A DNA stretch of 16,343 nt from a bacterium (GCA_041946805.1 JBHGBC010000137.1:1-16343); one strand, 5' to 3'; positions 1-8,358 are shown, numbered from the stretch's first letter. Notes: generated from the letters alone by a model not told the origin. A program made the numbers and translations.

Positions 1-654
1 AACGGCGCGGGGAAAAGCACCCTGATGAAGATCCTCACCGGCGTCCATGCGGCCGACGCCGTCGTTTCGTGGAGTGTGCTATCGGTTTCGGGTACCGTCA
101 CATCGCCGACGCCGGAGATTTCCGCGTTCGCCTTCGGACCCAAGGGGACTCCGGTGCCGGGATACGAGCCGGCTCCCCTTTCCGCCCCCCAACTGATTCT
201 TCCCGAAAACGGAAAGAATTTCGCCCCCGCCGACCAGGCGGTGACGTTTCTGTGGACAGCCGTCACCGGCGCGGCGCGGTATGAACTGACGGTTTACAAA
301 GACAACGAGCCGTATATCCAGCGGAGCGTGACCGACACCAAAAAAATCGAATCCTTCCAGCAACAAATCTATGATGTATTCCAATGGGATGTGCGGGCCG
401 TCGATCAAAACGGCCAGTACGGCCTGATTCATCCCCGGCTGTACTTCACGATCGGCTTGAACATCCTGCCGACGCCCACACCCTACCCGGTCAATCCGGA
501 TTACGACGGGAATCAGAAACTCACCGCCCGGGATTTGTATTTCTACGCCCAGTTGTACGCCACCAACGATCCGCGGGCCGATTACAACAACTCCGGCCTC
601 AACGACAAAAACGACCTGCTGCGCTTTCTGGAATTGTTCGTGGCGGGGAAGTGA
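1..654 (+). CDS. 3' part of a secreted/surface protein: Fn3-like module, PTPTP linker and C-terminal dockerin-like double EF-hand. The first about 20 codons instead match a sugar-ABC ATPase Walker A (possible chimera). 5'-truncated.
   Basis: Frame 1 is open from base 1 to TGA at 652-654. APQLILPENG...VTFLWTAVTGAARYELTV...FQWDVRAVDQNG is Fn3-like, followed by PTPTP and paired Ca-binding-like loops DYDGNQKLTARDL and DYNNSGLNDKNDL. Bases 1-60 translate NGAGKSTLMKILTGVHAADA. Confidence 0.65.
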   Translation, partial: NGAGKSTLMKILTGVHAADAVVSWSVLSVSGTVTSPTPEISAFAFGPKGTPVPGYEPAPLSAPQLILPENGKNFAPADQAVTFLWTAVTGAARYELTVYKDNEPYIQRSVTDTKKIESFQQQIYDVFQWDVRAVDQNGQYGLIHPRLYFTIGLNILPTPTPYPVNPDYDGNQKLTARDLYFYAQLYATNDPRADYNNSGLNDKNDLLRFLELFVAGK

Positions 655-728
655 GGGGAACGGCAGGGATTGCGCGCAAGAGATTCAAGCAAGGGATTGT
701 ATATGAAAGCGCCCCTCCGGGGCTTCGG

Positions 729-808
729 CTCTCACCTTAATCCTCTCCCCTGTGGGGATAGGGAATTGCCCCCTCACCCCCGGCCCCTCTTCCACAAGGG
801 GAGAGGGG
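729..808. repeat. Two REP-like palindromes of the CTCACC-N-CCTCTCCC-N-GGGAGAGGG type
   Basis: ctctcaccttaatcctctcccctgtggggataggg (729-763) and ccccctcacccccggcccctcttccacaaggggagagggg (769-808). Related copies in the opposite orientation at 5796-5829 and 7869-7902. Confidence 0.7.
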
Positions 809-831
809 AGCGGAAGAGAAAGAGGGATGGT

Positions 832-865
832 GATGGGATACGCGCTCTGCGCTACTCCATCCTAC
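832..865 (-). repeat. GTAG-type REP-like palindrome
   Basis: The reverse strand reads GTAGGATGGAGTAGCGCAGAGCGCGTATCCCATC: a GTAG tetranucleotide followed by an imperfect hairpin. Confidence 0.6.
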
Positions 866-904
866 AAATCTGATCGGTTGCCGCCCAAGATAGAAACCCA
901 TCTT

Positions 905-946
905 CATCCGGATCATCCTGATAATCCTGACCATCATGATTCAGAC
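905..946 (+). repeat. 42-bp dispersed repeat with about 9-nt ATCCTG periodicity ending GATTCAGAC (copy 1 of 3)
   Basis: catccggatcatcctgataatcctgaccatcatgattcagac. Equal-length copies at 2527-2568 and 5744-5785. Confidence 0.8.
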
Positions 947-972
947 CAAGGCTGGATCCTTATTCTCATCGA

Positions 973-2220
973 TCAGCGCAGCATCCGGGCGATTTCGGCG
1001 TACACGCGGGCGGTGCTGACCAGCGAGGGAATGACGAGATACTCTTGGTGGCCGTGGATGCCCGCGCCTTCCACGCCGTACCCGATGGCGGGGCAGCGGG
1101 CCTGGTTGGTGAAGAAATGGAGATCGGTGAACGCGCCGAAGATCCGCGGCTGGGGCGTCTTGCCGGTGATCGCGCCCACGGCCTGACAGGCCGCCTCGCA
1201 AAGCGGGGATGTGGAATCGGTAATGGCCGCGTCGAAGCCGGTGAGAATTCGCATCTCGGCCTTGAGAGTGGAATCTTCCCGTTTGGCCTCCCGGAGAAGA
1301 CCTTGAAATTCCCGGATGACCGCGGCCACCCGTTCCTCGGGAAGCAGACGGCGGTCGACGGTGAAATGGAACCAGCCGGGAATCGTATTGACCTTGGAGC
1401 CGCCGCCGGAGACGCCGCCGAGGGTCATGGAGGGGCGGCAGGCATGGGGCTTGTCCATCTCGTGCCGCGTCACCCGTTCCAGACAGCGCTGGTGATATTC
1501 CAAAAAACGGTGGGCCAGGCATACGCCGCGCTCAAAGGCATTGACGCCCGCGCCTGGGTTGGAGCCGTGGGCAGGGACGCCGCGCACGAGGATGTCCGCC
1601 CATAGCACGCCGCGATGGCCGAACATGATGGTGTTACCCTCCCCCCCCTCGCAGACGACCGCCGCATCCGGACGGACGATTTTCTCTTTCACGATGAATC
1701 CCGCGCCGCATTCGCCGCCGATTTCCTCGTCGGCGGTGAACGACAGCTCCAGGTTCCAGGCTGGACGCAGTTTGAGGGCCTTCAGGGCTTGAACCGCGTA
1801 GAGGGAGGCCACCAGACAGCCTTTCATGTCGGACGTTCCACGTCCGAAAAGCCGCCGTCCCTGGATCACCGGGGAGAACGGATCGGTTTTCCAACCTTCG
1901 GTGGCGGGAACGACATCGTAATGGCTGTTAAAGTGCAAGGTCCGGGACGCGCCGGTATCCCACCGGCTGATCAGATTGAAACGAGGCTTATCCTGGCATT
2001 CGGGGGGTAGATATTTCTTCTGATATGCATCGGGGACACGCACCTTCTGCGTGGCGAATCCCCGCGCGCGCATGACTCCCTCGAGATAATCGACGCATTC
2101 CTCGAAATGGTTCCCCGGCGGATTTTCCGTGGCGAACGAACACAACCGCCGGGTCATTTCCACCATTTCATCCTGATGATCGTGCAGATACTGTTTGATC
2201 GATTTTTGAACCGGATCCAT
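973..2220 (-). CDS. M20 family metallo-hydrolase (ArgE/DapE-like deacylase/desuccinylase)
   Basis: Motifs NSHYDVVP, GRGTSDMKG, DEEIGG, HGS, KVNTIPG, DRRLLPEE and GIHG. The start at 2220 (MDPVQ, preceded by GTGGTGG) is preferred over the track's 2292. Confidence 0.9.
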   Translation of the reverse strand: MDPVQKSIKQYLHDHQDEMVEMTRRLCSFATENPPGNHFEECVDYLEGVMRARGFATQKVRVPDAYQKKYLPPECQDKPRFNLISRWDTGASRTLHFNSHYDVVPATEGWKTDPFSPVIQGRRLFGRGTSDMKGCLVASLYAVQALKALKLRPAWNLELSFTADEEIGGECGAGFIVKEKIVRPDAAVVCEGGEGNTIMFGHRGVLWADILVRGVPAHGSNPGAGVNAFERGVCLAHRFLEYHQRCLERVTRHEMDKPHACRPSMTLGGVSGGGSKVNTIPGWFHFTVDRRLLPEERVAAVIREFQGLLREAKREDSTLKAEMRILTGFDAAITDSTSPLCEAACQAVGAITGKTPQPRIFGAFTDLHFFTNQARCPAIGYGVEGAGIHGHQEYLVIPSLVSTARVYAEIARMLR

Positions 2221-2406
2221 GAACACCACCACTTTTCTTTTGATGACAGTGCGTGAATCGAACCATTGTGGCATGCCGAAAACAGGAAGCAAGCGGGGCA
2301 GCGAAATGACCCTCTCCGCGCCTCGGCGGGGAACCTCTCAGCCTGCCTTCCCTTCCTCCCCCGAACTGCGGGGAAGGTTTGGAGAGGATCAGGGTGAGAG
2401 AATGTT

Positions 2407-2432
2407 GTAGGGGCGGACCTTCGTATCCGCCC
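2407..2432 (+). repeat. GTAGGGGCGGACC REP-like hairpin (copy 1 of 2)
   Basis: gtaggggcggaccttcgtatccgccc. Second copy gtaggggcggaccttgatgtccgccc at 7910-7935. Confidence 0.75.
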
Positions 2433-2515
2433 TATGCCTTTTTTCTCCTTCACTTCCTTTGGCTTTTCTCCGTGAAATCCGTTTACCCATCCATGCTCCC
2501 CGTGGTTCAATCAGC

Positions 2516-5374
2516 TCACTCATCCCCATCCGGGTCTTCTTGTGCATCCTGACCATCCTGATTCAGACAACTCCCGCTCCCCGGCGAGGGCAACAACCAC
2601 TTCCGCGGATGCAGAGCCATCACCAGGACGACCAGGCTGAGCATGGAACCGCTCACGGAAGTGGCATAGTAAAAAACGCGCGGGAAGTACCGAAACGTGA
2701 TTTCATGTTCTCCCGCCTGGACGGGGACGGCCATGAAGGCGTGATTGGCGCGGTAGACCGTCACCGGCTCGCCGTCCACCGCCGCGTTCCAGTTGGGCGA
2801 ATACGTCTCTTGCACCAACAGAATCTCGTCAAATGGGGAGCGGACACGAAGCATAAACTGATCGGAGATCCCACGGGAATACTCCAGGATGGCCCCTGGG
2901 GGAGACTCGAGGGGCACGGGGGAACTGTCCAGTTTGATCTCCTCGCCCCGGAGAAAGAAAGCGGGCGGGGACTGGTTGGATTTCAGGGTTTCGAGGGCGT
3001 CGATCATCTCCTCCACGCGGTCGTAAAGCACGATGTTGCGCGCGAGATAGGCCGGCGGCCCGGCGGAGGGATTGTCGTAGACCGGAAGTCCCGTCTCCGC
3101 GTCCGTGTCCACGAGGCGCAGGCCTTGCGTGTCCGTGGATTGCAGGTCGATTTCAAGCACCACGAACCGGCCTTCGGGCAACAGGAAATCAATGGAGACC
3201 TTGTCGATTTCCTTGGGCTGAGAGAGCCGGTACGTGGCCATGTATTGCCGGATCTTGGCGTAACCGGCGGACGAGGGGATGGGGAACCAGCGGAAATCCG
3301 TCGCCGGGCGGTGGCGGGCGAGGAGGCCGGGATAATCGGTCACATAGTCGGCGATGTCGAGGCCCATGCGGACCGGGAAGGTTTCCAAGACTTGATCTCC
3401 CCTGTGGACATGGACTTTCCCCACTTCCACGCCTTGTTGAATAGTGGACAATCCGGCCGTGAGCCAACGGAAGGTGATGAATTCCACCTCGCGGGGGGAT
3501 TTCAACGGACTTTGCAGGGTCCCCGCGCCGTTCAGTTCGCCGCCGCTGCCCGTGAACAGGATTTCCTGGTTGGGAAAGCCGGTCACGTGGCCGACGCCGA
3601 GGAAATTCAGCAGCGGACGGGGCAGGCGTTCCATGCGGACGGTGCGGATCCGGTCGGTGGCGCGGGAATGGCCGGCCCAGGCGCGCAGCAGTCCGGCGTA
3701 GCGCTTGGGGTACAGCGGATCGTAGCCCTGGATTTCGCGCAACCGGTACACCTCGGGCAGCCGGTGCATCAGGGCGGAGGGCAGTAGGCGCAGGCGGACA
3801 TCGCTGCCCGTGTCGATCATTGGCGCGTAGCCACAGACACGTTGACCGGACCGGGCGGCTTTCTTCTGCAGCAACTGGACGGATTCCGATGGATGAAAAT
3901 ACGAAGCGGGCGTGGTTTGCAGAAACAACCGTTGGGAGTACTGGGCGGACTCTGTGACCACCAGCAGCGAGAAGAGCAGAACGGCGACATGCGGCCGGAT
4001 AATCCGCGCACCCAGGAGGGAGAGAAGCAGGGCGGTGACCGATGTCCAGAGCCCGAAGATCAGTAGCGCCCATTGGCCGCCGGTGAGCGAATCGAATTGG
4101 AACGTGCGGGTCAGGCCGGAGTAGATCAACGTGGCCCCCGCCCAGGGATGGAGCCAGGTGACAGCCCCGGCCGCCGCGATGCCGGACAGGGCGAGGAGCG
4201 GCAGGCCGTACCGCATCCAGGGGGAACGCGGGCGGTAGTCGAGCAGGCGCTGCATTCCGAACGCGCTGAAGATGGGCAGGGCGATGGCTGCCAGCAACAG
4301 CGAGCGGTTGGGCAGGTTGATCGTGTCCCAGCCGGGAACGGTCTTATACAGCAACAAAAAGAGGCCGCCGTCGCGGCCCAGCGTGCACAGGACCGCGAAG
4401 AGGATCAACGCCAGCAGGGAGCGGCGCAGGCGCGCGGACATGGCCAGCCACCCCGCGGGCAGGAAAAACAACGCGGTGGCCCCGAGATGGCAGGTTCCTT
4501 CCCAGGGATCGTGGCGGGAAATTTCCGGCTGGGACAAACCGCCCAGGAAGACTTTCCAGATATCCGGCCAGCCGATCGCTCCGGCGAGGGCCTCGGAGAG
4601 ATCCAGGCGGGCGCGGGTGGTTTCCGGTATGTACAGGAACGCGGGCAAGCTCATACCCAGGGTGAGTAAGAATGCCGTGACGCCGACCGCCCCCAACGTG
4701 ACGAGCGAGGATCGGTATGCAATCCCCCGGCCGAACGTATAGCCCAGGGTTACCAGCAAGAGAAGGACGAATGTGTAGATCACGGTGTGGGGGACGCCCG
4801 CCAAGATGACCAGGGAGAAGAACAATCCGGCGGTCAGGCGGGAGACCCAGGATCCGGTTTCCAGGCTGAGAAGCAGGTAGAAGAGCAGGCCGGGGATCCA
4901 GCTGATGCCCTCCAGCAGACCCAGGTTGGTGATCTTGCAGCGCCAGAAGGTGCTGAGCGCAAACGCCAGGGCGCCGAAAAAGGAGGCCTCGGGTGCAATG
5001 CGCAATCCACGGAGAAGCCAGTACATCAGCGCCACGCCGAGAAACAAATGGCCGGTCAGCAGGAGAGGATAACCCGCGGCGGGGGAAAGAAACAAAAAGA
5101 GGAGATTGGGGAAATACAGAATCTGCGACTGGGGATTGGCGTCGCGGGGGAATCCGCAAAAGAGGTAGGGATCCCAGAATTGGACGAACGGGTCGGCGTG
5201 CAAGGCGCGCAACGGGTAGAAGAAGAGGAGCGAATCTTCATCCAGAGGAATTTGCCCCTCCAACGCGATGGCGTGATGGAAAGCCACGACGGCCAACAAA
5301 AGCAGGAGGACGTTGTACAAGTCACGCCTCCCCAGCCGGGGTATTTCACACCCATGCGCATTCATATCCGGCAT
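2516..5374 (-). CDS. YfhO-family (GT-C-like) multi-pass membrane glycosyltransferase with a large extracytoplasmic domain
   Basis: 952 aa with many TM segments. N-terminal WDPYLFCGFPRDANPQSQILYFP, internal IQGYDPL, and C-terminal ETYSPNWNAAVDGEPVTVYRANHAFMAVPVQAGEHEITFRY followed by a TM helix. Exact start uncertain. Confidence 0.85.
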   Translation of the reverse strand: MPDMNAHGCEIPRLGRRDLYNVLLLLLAVVAFHHAIALEGQIPLDEDSLLFFYPLRALHADPFVQFWDPYLFCGFPRDANPQSQILYFPNLLFLFLSPAAGYPLLLTGHLFLGVALMYWLLRGLRIAPEASFFGALAFALSTFWRCKITNLGLLEGISWIPGLLFYLLLSLETGSWVSRLTAGLFFSLVILAGVPHTVIYTFVLLLLVTLGYTFGRGIAYRSSLVTLGAVGVTAFLLTLGMSLPAFLYIPETTRARLDLSEALAGAIGWPDIWKVFLGGLSQPEISRHDPWEGTCHLGATALFFLPAGWLAMSARLRRSLLALILFAVLCTLGRDGGLFLLLYKTVPGWDTINLPNRSLLLAAIALPIFSAFGMQRLLDYRPRSPWMRYGLPLLALSGIAAAGAVTWLHPWAGATLIYSGLTRTFQFDSLTGGQWALLIFGLWTSVTALLLSLLGARIIRPHVAVLLFSLLVVTESAQYSQRLFLQTTPASYFHPSESVQLLQKKAARSGQRVCGYAPMIDTGSDVRLRLLPSALMHRLPEVYRLREIQGYDPLYPKRYAGLLRAWAGHSRATDRIRTVRMERLPRPLLNFLGVGHVTGFPNQEILFTGSGGELNGAGTLQSPLKSPREVEFITFRWLTAGLSTIQQGVEVGKVHVHRGDQVLETFPVRMGLDIADYVTDYPGLLARHRPATDFRWFPIPSSAGYAKIRQYMATYRLSQPKEIDKVSIDFLLPEGRFVVLEIDLQSTDTQGLRLVDTDAETGLPVYDNPSAGPPAYLARNIVLYDRVEEMIDALETLKSNQSPPAFFLRGEEIKLDSSPVPLESPPGAILEYSRGISDQFMLRVRSPFDEILLVQETYSPNWNAAVDGEPVTVYRANHAFMAVPVQAGEHEITFRYFPRVFYYATSVSGSMLSLVVLVMALHPRKWLLPSPGSGSCLNQDGQDAQEDPDGDE
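2527..2568 (+). repeat. 42-bp ATCCTG/GATTCAGAC repeat (copy 2), overlapping the last codons of the YfhO-like gene
   Basis: catccgggtcttcttgtgcatcctgaccatcctgattcagac. Confidence 0.8.
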
Positions 5375-5548
5375 CCCGTCACTCTATATCCATGATCTGG
5401 ATATGTATCCATTTCCCGACATGCACCTGCAGGGTGGATTGATCATCGCGAAATCCACCAATCCCCCTTCCTTCCCCGATGTTCGGTGGGAGGTTAGGAG
5501 AGGGTTGTCGATCTAGGATGAGCCTGTAAGGTGAACTCCAAACGTTCT

Positions 5549-5580
5549 GGAGGGTGGGCTCAAAGTGCAGCGTAGCCCAC
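5549..5580 (+). repeat. Degenerate GTAG-family REP-like hairpin
   Basis: ggagggtgggct...agcccac, with arms gtgggct 5554-5560 and agcccac 5574-5580. Confidence 0.5.
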
Positions 5581-5743
5581 TAACAATCCGTTACCTGTAA
5601 CGATGCCCCCCCCGCGAGAGTGCCATGATAAGGGAAAACCATTTCACAACGCTTCCACTTTACAAACTGTGCATATACCCCTACTGATCATCCGCGCCAC
5701 CTTCCGTGATTTCCGTGGTTCAATCCACGTCCCCACCTCTCCC

Positions 5744-5785
5744 CATCCAGGTCATCTTGTGCATCCTGGCCATCCTGATTCAGAC
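5744..5785 (+). repeat. 42-bp ATCCTG/GATTCAGAC repeat (copy 3)
   Basis: catccaggtcatcttgtgcatcctggccatcctgattcagac. Like copy 2, it is preceded by CCGTGGTTCAATC (5713-5725, versus 2500-2512). Confidence 0.8.
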
Positions 5786-5795
5786 AAGGAACCAT

Positions 5796-5829
5796 CGCCT
5801 CTTCCTCTGGGAGAAGGCCAAGGTGAGGG
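5796..5829. repeat. CCTCTCCC/GGGAGAGGG-N-GGTGAGGG REP-like palindrome (degenerate)
   Basis: cgcctcttcctctgggagaaggccaaggtgaggg aligns with 7869-7902. Confidence 0.65.
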
Positions 5830-6206
5830 AAAGCCCACCGGTACTGGCATCTTGCCAGCTTGTTTCCCCTCCGAACATACCAAATCCCCCCGCGCTTGTC
5901 ATCCCGGGGCGGGGCAATGGCTTGGGCCGGGGGCCGGAGGGTGGTACAGTCCTAAGTACCCATAGCCCAGCCTCGGGCTCCATCTCCAGGAAGAAACCAG
6001 CGCATACCGGCGCGGGAGAAAAAAATCCCCGTTCCGTACCGCCGGAACGTTTCGGGCCGTTTCATGATAAGGCTTAAACCCCATTGGGCTCCGGGTTGTG
6101 GGAATCCCGTATGCGGTTCCACGGGATGGGGAATCCGCCATGAGGGAAGGCGGGTGGTTTGGGGAATTCATGATATGAAATCACGCGCGAGGAACGCCAG
6201 CCGCCG

Positions 6207-7751
6207 ATGAATAAAAAAGGTGCTCCCAAAGGCCCCTTGTGGAAGTTTTTGCTGGTTGACCTGGCGGTCATCCTGGGGGCGTTGACTCTATCGTTCCTCA
6301 TCCGGTTTCAAGAGATCCGGATCGAAAATTTCCGGATTTACATATCCCTCTTTCCCGCCTTGATCCTGATCCGGCTGACGGCGATGGCCTTTTTCCGCCT
6401 GTACGATTTCAGCCGAAGCCTGACCCGCTTCGACATCGTCTATTTCACCGGTTGGGCGTCGCTGACCGCGCACGGGACCGAGGCGCTGGCGATTTTATAC
6501 GTGGCCGCCTTTTACGGGATGGAGTACCAGGTCTCGCGCTACATCCTGTTTATGAATTTTCTGCTCAGTTGGGGATTGGCCGCGGGCTGGCGGATCTTGT
6601 ACCTCAAACGCCGGCGGCGGTGGGCGTACGACCGCTCACGCATCCTGATCGTGGGAGCGGGCCCGGTGGGCGAAAGCGTGCGGCGCGACATCCAACAATA
6701 TTCGCGCCTGGGTCACGAGGTCGTGGGGCTGATCGACGACAACATCGAAAATCCGGGGCAGGAAACGCCCATCCTGGGGAAAATGAGCGACCTGCCGGAC
6801 CTGGCGCGGAAACTCGCCATCGACGAAATCATCGTCACCAGCCAGGGGGCCAACCGCCAGGAGTTGTTGAATATTCTCTCCACCTGCCAGAGCACCGGCT
6901 GCAAGGTCCATCTGATGCCTGAATTGTACGAGGTGATCATCGGGCAGGTGAATATCGGGCAGGTGGCGGGAATCCCCCTGATCACCGTGCATCCCGAGGC
7001 GTCCAATGATTTCGGCGCGTATGGCAAGCGGATCTTCGACCTGGTGTTCGGCACACTGTTCTTGTTGCTTTTGCTGCCCGTGTTCGGCCTGATCGCCGTG
7101 GTGATCAAGTTGAGCAGCCCGGGGCCGGTGCTGTACCGGCAGGAACGGGTGGGCCGGGACGGGAAATGGTTTACGATCCACAAGTTCCGCACCATGTACG
7201 TGAACGCGGAGATGGAAACCGGGCCGGTGCTCTCGTGGGACAAAGATCCCCGGGTGACCCCGGTGGGGCGGTTTTTGCGCCATTGGCGGCTCGACGAAAC
7301 CCCGCAACTCTTCAATGTGCTCGGGGGGGACATGAGCCTGGTGGGGCCGCGCCCGGAACGGCCGGAATTCGTGGAGATCTACAAGCGGGAGATCCAGGCC
7401 TACCGGCTGCGCGAGGCGGTACGGCCCGGCATGACCGGGCTGGCGCAAATCCACGGCTTTTACAACTCGCCGGTGGAACACAAGCTGCGGTACGACCTGG
7501 CGTACATCAACAGCATGTCGCTGCTGCTCGATCTCAAGATCCTGTTCAACACGCTGTGGGTAGTGCTGTCGGAATACGGACACGTGAGCGACCGCAAGAA
7601 ACGGCTGATCCTCTTTTTCATCACCCTGATCTGCTTCCTCCTGCCCTTCTTCCTCTATACCTGCCTGGACCGGCAGGGATTGAAGCCCCCGGCTCTTGAA
7701 CCTTCCGCGCCCTTGGAAACAATCCGGGGCGGAGTGGAATATTCCACATAG
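6207..7751 (+). CDS. Polyprenyl-phosphate glycosylphosphotransferase (WcaJ/WbaP-type priming sugar transferase)
   Basis: Four N-terminal TM helices, Rossmann-like ILIVGAGPVG...VVGLIDD, and a bacterial sugar transferase domain KRIFDLV...SPGPVLYRQERVG...KFRTM...DPRVT.VG.FLR...LDETPQLFNVL.GDMSLVGPRPERP...PGMTGLAQI...DL.YI. Extra C-terminal hydrophobic tail. Confidence 0.93.
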   Translation: MNKKGAPKGPLWKFLLVDLAVILGALTLSFLIRFQEIRIENFRIYISLFPALILIRLTAMAFFRLYDFSRSLTRFDIVYFTGWASLTAHGTEALAILYVAAFYGMEYQVSRYILFMNFLLSWGLAAGWRILYLKRRRRWAYDRSRILIVGAGPVGESVRRDIQQYSRLGHEVVGLIDDNIENPGQETPILGKMSDLPDLARKLAIDEIIVTSQGANRQELLNILSTCQSTGCKVHLMPELYEVIIGQVNIGQVAGIPLITVHPEASNDFGAYGKRIFDLVFGTLFLLLLLPVFGLIAVVIKLSSPGPVLYRQERVGRDGKWFTIHKFRTMYVNAEMETGPVLSWDKDPRVTPVGRFLRHWRLDETPQLFNVLGGDMSLVGPRPERPEFVEIYKREIQAYRLREAVRPGMTGLAQIHGFYNSPVEHKLRYDLAYINSMSLLLDLKILFNTLWVVLSEYGHVSDRKKRLILFFITLICFLLPFFLYTCLDRQGLKPPALEPSAPLETIRGGVEYST

Positions 7752-7780
7752 GTGGATACCAGATTTCTGGTTCATCCGAT

Positions 7781-7814
7781 AAGAGCGTACTTTTTTAAGA
7801 GCGTACTTTTTTTT
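7781..7814 (+). repeat. Tandem duplication AAGAGCGTAC-T6 / AAGAGCGTAC-T8
   Basis: Read directly at 7781-7796 and 7797-7814. Confidence 0.85.
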
Positions 7815-7868
7815 AAGCATGTCCAGCCACTCTTCAATCGGGCTAGCCGGATTAATCAATCCCCTGAT

Positions 7869-7935
7869 CCCCTCTCCCTCCGGGAGAGGGCCAGGGTGAG
7901 GGAATTTTTGTAGGGGCGGACCTTGATGTCCGCCC
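7869..7935. repeat. REP cluster: CCCCTCTCCC-tcc-GGGAGAGGG-ccagGGTGAGGG (7869-7902) plus GTAGGGGCGGACC REP copy 2 (7910-7935)
   Basis: Sequence match to the copies at 769-808, 5796-5829 and 2407-2432. Confidence 0.75.
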
Positions 7936-8030
7936 GAATGTCATCGAGTGGATGGAATGACTTCTTCTCCAGCAGGTACGCACTTGCCGGATGAACCAGA
8001 TTTCTTTCGCGTTGATGCCCGCCGGCGGGG

Positions 8031-8058
8031 TTGATTTTGTCCGCGGATGGGATAAGAT
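8031..8058 (+). promoter_or_regulatory. Putative sigma70-type promoter for tRNA-Ala
   Basis: TTGATT (8031-8036), 16 nt spacer, TAAGAT (8053-8058), ending 22 nt before the tRNA 5' end. Confidence 0.45.
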
Positions 8059-8080
8059 TTACCTTCTAAACGCACCTGAT

Positions 8081-8153
<73 letters not shown>

Positions 8154-8295
8154 TTTCTCCTCTAAATTCTCCAGAATAAAGCACTTACAGCAATCATTCC
8201 GATAAAGAATAGGCGATTTGAGGCGCATTTGGGGCTAGAATGCTGTCTCATTTTGTGTTTTTTTGTTATATTGTGCTGTAGTAGAAATCGTTTCC

Positions 8296-8358
8296 ATAGG
8301 GGTGCAATAAGGCGAAAAAAGCCGATTGCACCCCGATAAGGCGAAAATAGGGGTACAA
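8296..8358. promoter_or_regulatory. Interleaved direct and inverted repeats upstream of the integrase (candidate arm-type Int or regulator sites)
   Basis: GGGGTGCAAT 8299-8308 inverted with ATTGCACCCC 8325-8334. ATAGGGGT(G/A)CAA at 8296-8307 and 8347-8358. ATAAGGCGAAAA at 8307-8318 and 8336-8347. Confidence 0.55.

Noticed and set aside
1974..1982. GATTGAAAC matching the CRISPR repeat tail
   Set aside because: It is inside the M20 hydrolase gene (antisense of RFNL codons) and has no matching repeat-like stem.
2459..3787. 442-aa + strand ORF (and the similar 6636..7859 minus-strand ORF)
   Set aside because: Antisense to well-supported genes in GC-rich DNA, with no recognisable motifs.
905..5785. 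The three 42-bp repeats as a CRISPR array
   Set aside because: They are dispersed kilobases apart, degenerate, internally periodic and have no regular spacers.
5603..6171. Short ORFs in the gap between the YfhO-like and sugar transferase genes
   Set aside because: Largely translations of REP-like repeats, with no coherent protein signal.
7651..7686. Second CRISPR-repeat-like string: CCTGCC-tggacc-GGCAGG hairpin followed by GATTGAAGC
   Set aside because: It lies inside a coding extension, lacks a GT-type 5' end, is single-copy and shows no similarity to 14339-14376 beyond GATTGAA. Probably chance, though cheap to test against host repeats.
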